64,000 nucleotides of DNA from Planctomycetota bacterium (lineage in GTDB: Bacteria > Planctomycetota > UBA1135 > UBA2386): contig CANMWZ010000002.1 in the NCBI GenBank assembly GCA_947501605.1, positions 96,001 to 160,000 on the forward strand. The letters are read 5' to 3'. Under the pieces are notes generated by a model, which did no database searches, was not told where the DNA came from, and saw only the letters and a program-made list of their open reading frames with translations. This document shows, one piece after another, positions 59,754 to 64,000 of the stretch; within the stretch, counting starts at the first letter, position 1; each line of letters begins with the position of its first letter. The translations under genes were made by a program, and so were the position numbers.

Positions 59754-60853
59754 CCGTCCTCCGCCAGCAAGAACGTGCCAGAAGCCACGCTGCCCGCGAT
59801 CGTCGATACCAGCACCTGCACCGCGCCACGATCGAGCTGGTCGGGCAAAGTGGCCTCGTAGACGAAGCGCTCGCCCTCACGTCGCATGCTTGCCATCAAG
59901 CGCTGCTCGAACTCGGCCGCCACCCCCGGCACGACTGCGCCCTGTCCTGACAGCGGCCGGAGCCGGATCGCCGCTAGGCTCTCGGCGGCGTCGACCAACA
60001 GGGACCGGTCGCGTCCCATCGTCAGTGCCGCGACCCCGCGTTCGCGCAAGCGCTGCCGCATCGGCTCACTCTTGAGTTCGCGAGCGAGCGAGAGGAGCAG
60101 GCGACGCTGCGTCACCTCGCGAACGGCACGAGCAACCCGCTCGTCGTCGCTGCTGACCCAGAACGGCGGCACCAGGATCGAGGTGATGATGCCGACAGTG
60201 TCGCTCCGCTCGACCAGCGAGAGGTCGATGGGTCCGGCAGACGAGATCGAATCCGTCATCACGGCGCCGGTCTGCAGGTCGCGCAGGGTGACACGGAGGG
60301 TGACGCCACACTCGAAGGTGTGGTCCGGGATGAACATGCCGACGCCGAGCAACAGCCACGTCAACAAGGTCACTGGCCAACGGCCGTTGATGCCTTGCGC
60401 ATCGATTGGGTTGTCCTGGAGCTCTTCGACGACGAGCAGCAGGTCGAAGCCGCCGTCACGCGCGGACTGCAGGAAGTCGAGCAACTCCGGCGAGGTCCGC
60501 CGCGACAGCAGCTGCTGCCGCACCTCGACCCGGTGCGCGTCGAGGTCTTTGGCCACCCGCTGGAACACCGCGCCTTTCTCCAACACGGCGACGATGTCGG
60601 CCATCGACACCGGTTCGTCTCGCGTCGTCTGGCTGTCGGCAGCTGAGGCGAAGGTTCCGCCTGCTCCCGCCGAGGCGCGCTGGAGAAACGCGCCGCCGGT
60701 GACGAGGACCGAGTAGTCCAGTGGTGGCCGCTCCGCGAGGCCGGTGAGTTCGGACGTCGGCGACTGGCACGAAGTCAGCGCGGCAAACAGGAGGCCCCGC
60801 GCGAACCAACTGGCTCGCCGCGTGCTGCACAGGGCCTCGTCCGACACCGTCAT
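59750..60853 (-). CDS. Hypothetical lipoprotein; start uncertain
   Basis: Lipobox-like LTSC; stop overlaps the PP2C start; the N-terminal part of the listed ORF is off-frame within the neighbouring gene. Confidence 0.6.
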   Translation of the reverse strand: MTVSDEALCSTRRASWFARGLLFAALTSCQSPTSELTGLAERPPLDYSVLVTGGAFLQRASAGAGGTFASAADSQTTRDEPVSMADIVAVLEKGAVFQRVAKDLDAHRVEVRQQLLSRRTSPELLDFLQSARDGGFDLLLVVEELQDNPIDAQGINGRWPVTLLTWLLLGVGMFIPDHTFECGVTLRVTLRDLQTGAVMTDSISSAGPIDLSLVERSDTVGIITSILVPPFWVSSDDERVARAVREVTQRRLLLSLARELKSEPMRQRLRERGVAALTMGRDRSLLVDAAESLAAIRLRPLSGQGAVVPGVAAEFEQRLMASMRREGERFVYEATLPDQLDRGAVQVLVSTIAGSVASGTFLLAEDG

Positions 60854-60935
60854 CAAGAGCACCATGGTGCGCACCTTGGCCATCGCGCGCGAGCTTCGTA
60901 CTGGGTTCTCGCGGACGGCACTGCCGGCGGCGTGC

Positions 60936-63900
60936 TCATCGGCTTCGCATTCGTTGGACAAAGCCGTTGCCGCCGACCACGCGGAAGCCAGTGAATGCCA
61001 AGCGAGGATCCGAGGCCAAAGGCATGAGATCGCGTCCGTCACGACGGAGTTGCTCGGTGCGCACCACACCTGGAACCGAGGCCGGTAGCGCCTCGAGGGC
61101 AAGCGTCGCAACGTCGATTGGGAGCCCCTTGTCGTCGAGCAGGCCGTGAAGCTCACCCGTACCCAGTCCGCGCACGACAGCGAAGGTCCGCAACCGGGCT
61201 TGGAGATCGGCCGGCGCCCGCGAGGACAGATCCACGGTCGCAGCTCTGCCGCCGGACAGTTCGAGAGCGCGCTGCACATGCAGTTCGCGATCGGCGATCC
61301 ACTCGCGCAACAGCGGCTCGCTTTCGGTGTCGCGGCCCTGCGGCAGATCGAGGACCCACTCTCGCACCCCGAAGTCGAGACCGAGCAGATCGACACCGGC
61401 CTCCGACGGCACGCGATCGCCGCTTGCGCTCGCTTCGCTGGCGGCCGGTCCCGCGAATGGGTAGGCGCGGACTGCAGGTTCGCGCCACGACCTCGCCTGC
61501 ACGCGCCCGCCCCTGCCGGTCGCAGCATTGCGAGCGGTGGCGCCAGGGACCGGTCCAAACGCGGCGAGTTCGAGTTCGCAACCCAGAGGCAGTCGGAACA
61601 ACGCCGGATCGCCCGCGACCACGACGCCCAGCAGCCGGACCGCCGCGTAGGCCTGGAAGAAGTCGATCCCCGTAACCGCAGCTGCGGGGGTCGCGCTCGC
61701 GGCGCGTGCAAACGTCTTCTCATCGCCGTCGCACCCGTGTGGCAGCATCGCCGCGATCGTGAACCGCAGGTCGCCCAGAGGGTCGTCGCGATGCGCCAGC
61801 TTGCGGCCACTCGCCGACGGCAACGAGTGGAGTAGCGCTTGGTACTGCAGCAGGGTGATCTCGCGATCCTGGACGAACAGGTCGCCAAGGCCGCGCACAG
61901 GCTCGGCAAACTGCGGGCGGTAGAGCCCGCGTTGCGGCGCATCGGCAGGCACCGGGTCCGGCCATTCGCCGCCATCGGGAGCGAGCACGGGAACGAAGGT
62001 GATCTCCGCCAACGCCGATGGAATCACTGCGTCGCTGACTTCGTCGAGCCTGAGCACGCGCAACGCTGACCGCGCCGTACGCAGCACCAAGTCGAGCATG
62101 AAATCGCCCGCCGGAGTCGTGAGCCGGGCCGGCAACACAGCACCGACGCCTTTGCTGTAATCCGCCCGTGAGAGGTCGGCGAGACCCTTCGCCGTACGCC
62201 ACAGCGCGAACGGGATGACGAAGGCGATCTCCGACCCGCCATCGCGCCCGCGGACCTGAGCCGCCGGCAACTCAACCCCTTGAACAACGAGTCGCAGGGC
62301 CATGGTCGCAGAGGGTGCAAACTGCAGCGTGCTGCGCAGCGCGAGCCGGACCGACTGATTGAACTCGACGCGCAGCTCTTCGGCGAGCAACTGCGGCGGC
62401 GTCGGATCGTCGACGAAGTCCGCGATCACCGACAACGGCCGTCCTTCGTGATCGACCAGCGGTGCGCGCTCGTCGCCGAGCCAGACTTCCACGTCGCGAC
62501 CGAGCACGTCAACCAACTCGACGGCGAGGACGTTGCGGCCGCGGAGTAGACGGCACGGCGGTAGCAAGCTGCCGTCATCGCTCGCGGCATTGAGCAAGGG
62601 CTGCGGCAGCAGCCGTTGCGGATCCGCCCCGCTCCACAAGCGACCGCGCAGATAGCGACTGAGCCCGCCATCCACGCGAAGGCCCGCACCTGGCCGCAAC
62701 ACCGCGCCGTCGGAACGCAAGAGGTTCGCCTGCTGCAACGCCGGCAGGAACCCCTCCCGACACTCGGGAAGCCGCAGTGCCAATCGCGTCGGCAAGACCT
62801 GCAGCACCTGGTGGAACGCGACCGAGCCAGTTCTGCCGCCACCGCGTTCTTCGAGCTCGAGCACCAGTTCGTAAGTCCCCGGTTCGAGCCCACGCACTGC
62901 GACCTGCCACTGCGCCGCGTCCGCCGCGAGCTCGACCTTCGCCGAAGCCGGCCCCGGACCGCCGCCTTGCGCCCGCAGCGTGGCAGCGACCGGCACGAAG
63001 GTCGGACTACAGGTGAAGGCCACCGTGCCGCCGATCTGGCCGGTAGCAAGTTCGCCGCCGAGGACGGCGATGCTGGCCTCGCCTGACGGCGTGAACACCG
63101 CGTCGAGCCGCCGGCTGCGGAAGGCGAGCGACAGAGTCCGCTGCTGTCGATTGCCCGCGCCATCGATGATGGTGAAGGCGTAGAGCCCGGAAGCAAAGGC
63201 CTCGCCCTGACCAGCGGCACCGAGTTCGGCCTCGTACCAGCCTGCCGTGAGCGGCTGGAGCGACGACACCGATCGCTGCCGACCTTGGTCGTCGTGGACC
63301 TCCATCGTCAGGGAACCCTCGTCGTGGTGCAGCCGCACGCGCACCACGGCACGGTCCTCCAGGAACGGGATGGAGGATTCACCCGCCGGCCCGGTCACCA
63401 CTTCGACGGCCGGTGCGCCAAAATCGCACTCGCTGATGGCGCTTTGAGCGGAGGCTGCACGGTTGCCGGCACGATCGACCGCGAGGGCCGTCAACGTCGC
63501 CGCACCGAGCGGACCGCCAACACCGACGATCTCCGTCATCGCGGCGCCGAGGCCGAACTGCTCGGCATCCATGGGCAGCGGCACCGAGTAGGACGCCCCG
63601 CTCTCCAAGCGCAGCACCAGATGCAGCGACTCCAGTCCCGCGCTTTCGCGCACAGTGAGCCGCACCGTCGAAGCACTGTTCAGCGCGCTGGAACTCTTGG
63701 GCATGAGTTCGAGCTCTACTTGCGGCGCCGTGGCATCCAGGCACAGACGCGCGCCGCCGAGCAACGCCACGCCGGGCACGACGAAGGCAACGTCAACCGG
63801 ACCGTCAGAACTAGCGCGCTCGACCCCGAGCAGAGCATCGCGCCACGATTCCTGGGCGTCCGAGAGCACCAGGACTCCTTCGCTGTCAATGGCCGGCAGA

Positions 63901-63998
63901 AGACGCCGGCGCCACTGCAGCGTGTTGCCCTTGCTCACTTCGAGTTCGAGCCGCTGGGGCACGAAACCGCCATACAGCGCGCGGACGCTTCGCAGCGC
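60936..63998 (-). CDS. Large beta-rich protein with degenerate C-terminal FGE/CLec domain, 5'-truncated
   Basis: Frame stays open to the window end. FVQDREIT..QY, FRLPLGCELE, GVREWV and FTGFRVV echo FGE motifs. Confidence 0.65.
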   Translation of the reverse strand, partial: ALRSVRALYGGFVPQRLELEVSKGNTLQWRRRLLPAIDSEGVLVLSDAQESWRDALLGVERASSDGPVDVAFVVPGVALLGGARLCLDATAPQVELELMPKSSSALNSASTVRLTVRESAGLESLHLVLRLESGASYSVPLPMDAEQFGLGAAMTEIVGVGGPLGAATLTALAVDRAGNRAASAQSAISECDFGAPAVEVVTGPAGESSIPFLEDRAVVRVRLHHDEGSLTMEVHDDQGRQRSVSSLQPLTAGWYEAELGAAGQGEAFASGLYAFTIIDGAGNRQQRTLSLAFRSRRLDAVFTPSGEASIAVLGGELATGQIGGTVAFTCSPTFVPVAATLRAQGGGPGPASAKVELAADAAQWQVAVRGLEPGTYELVLELEERGGGRTGSVAFHQVLQVLPTRLALRLPECREGFLPALQQANLLRSDGAVLRPGAGLRVDGGLSRYLRGRLWSGADPQRLLPQPLLNAASDDGSLLPPCRLLRGRNVLAVELVDVLGRDVEVWLGDERAPLVDHEGRPLSVIADFVDDPTPPQLLAEELRVEFNQSVRLALRSTLQFAPSATMALRLVVQGVELPAAQVRGRDGGSEIAFVIPFALWRTAKGLADLSRADYSKGVGAVLPARLTTPAGDFMLDLVLRTARSALRVLRLDEVSDAVIPSALAEITFVPVLAPDGGEWPDPVPADAPQRGLYRPQFAEPVRGLGDLFVQDREITLLQYQALLHSLPSASGRKLAHRDDPLGDLRFTIAAMLPHGCDGDEKTFARAASATPAAAVTGIDFFQAYAAVRLLGVVVAGDPALFRLPLGCELELAAFGPVPGATARNAATGRGGRVQARSWREPAVRAYPFAGPAASEASASGDRVPSEAGVDLLGLDFGVREWVLDLPQGRDTESEPLLREWIADRELHVQRALELSGGRAATVDLSSRAPADLQARLRTFAVVRGLGTGELHGLLDDKGLPIDVATLALEALPASVPGVVRTEQLRRDGRDLMPLASDPRLAFTGFRVVGGNGFVQRMRSR

Positions 63999-64000
63999 AC

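Noticed and set aside
60854..61975. N-terminal half of the 741-aa ORF
   Set aside because: Arg/Ser-rich off-frame sequence overlapping the large FGE gene.

Overview
High-GC bacterial chromosomal segment. Gene content and protein style suggest a Planctomycetota genome; this is an inference, not a database result. Most of the window is housekeeping: rpsB-tsf-pyrH-frr-tRNA-Lys, glnS, gltA, phosphomannomutase, ltaE, and rsmA-dnaG-rpoD-zinc ribbon-selB. The most notable accessory region is 17.4-33.3 kb. It holds three paralogous L-amino-acid-ligase-type ATP-grasp genes arranged around glycogen synthase. Two of them run directly into an RND efflux pump. Between glgA and the third paralogue lie an exported FGE/C-type-lectin-fold gene whose 3' end resembles a diversity-generating-retroelement (DGR) variable region and an orphan nucleotidyltransferase. 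Other points of interest are a chromosomal Sul-like dihydropteroate synthase carrying the DPGMGFFLG insertion motif, a secreted protein with lysyl-oxidase-like Lys/Tyr motifs, an RGG-tailed ribosomal protein S2, a ~168-bp MITE-like element, and a PilC/PP2C/histidine kinase/OmpA/FGE envelope cluster that runs off the right end. No CRISPR array, rRNA, integrase, transposase or reverse transcriptase was seen. All calls are by motif recognition only.
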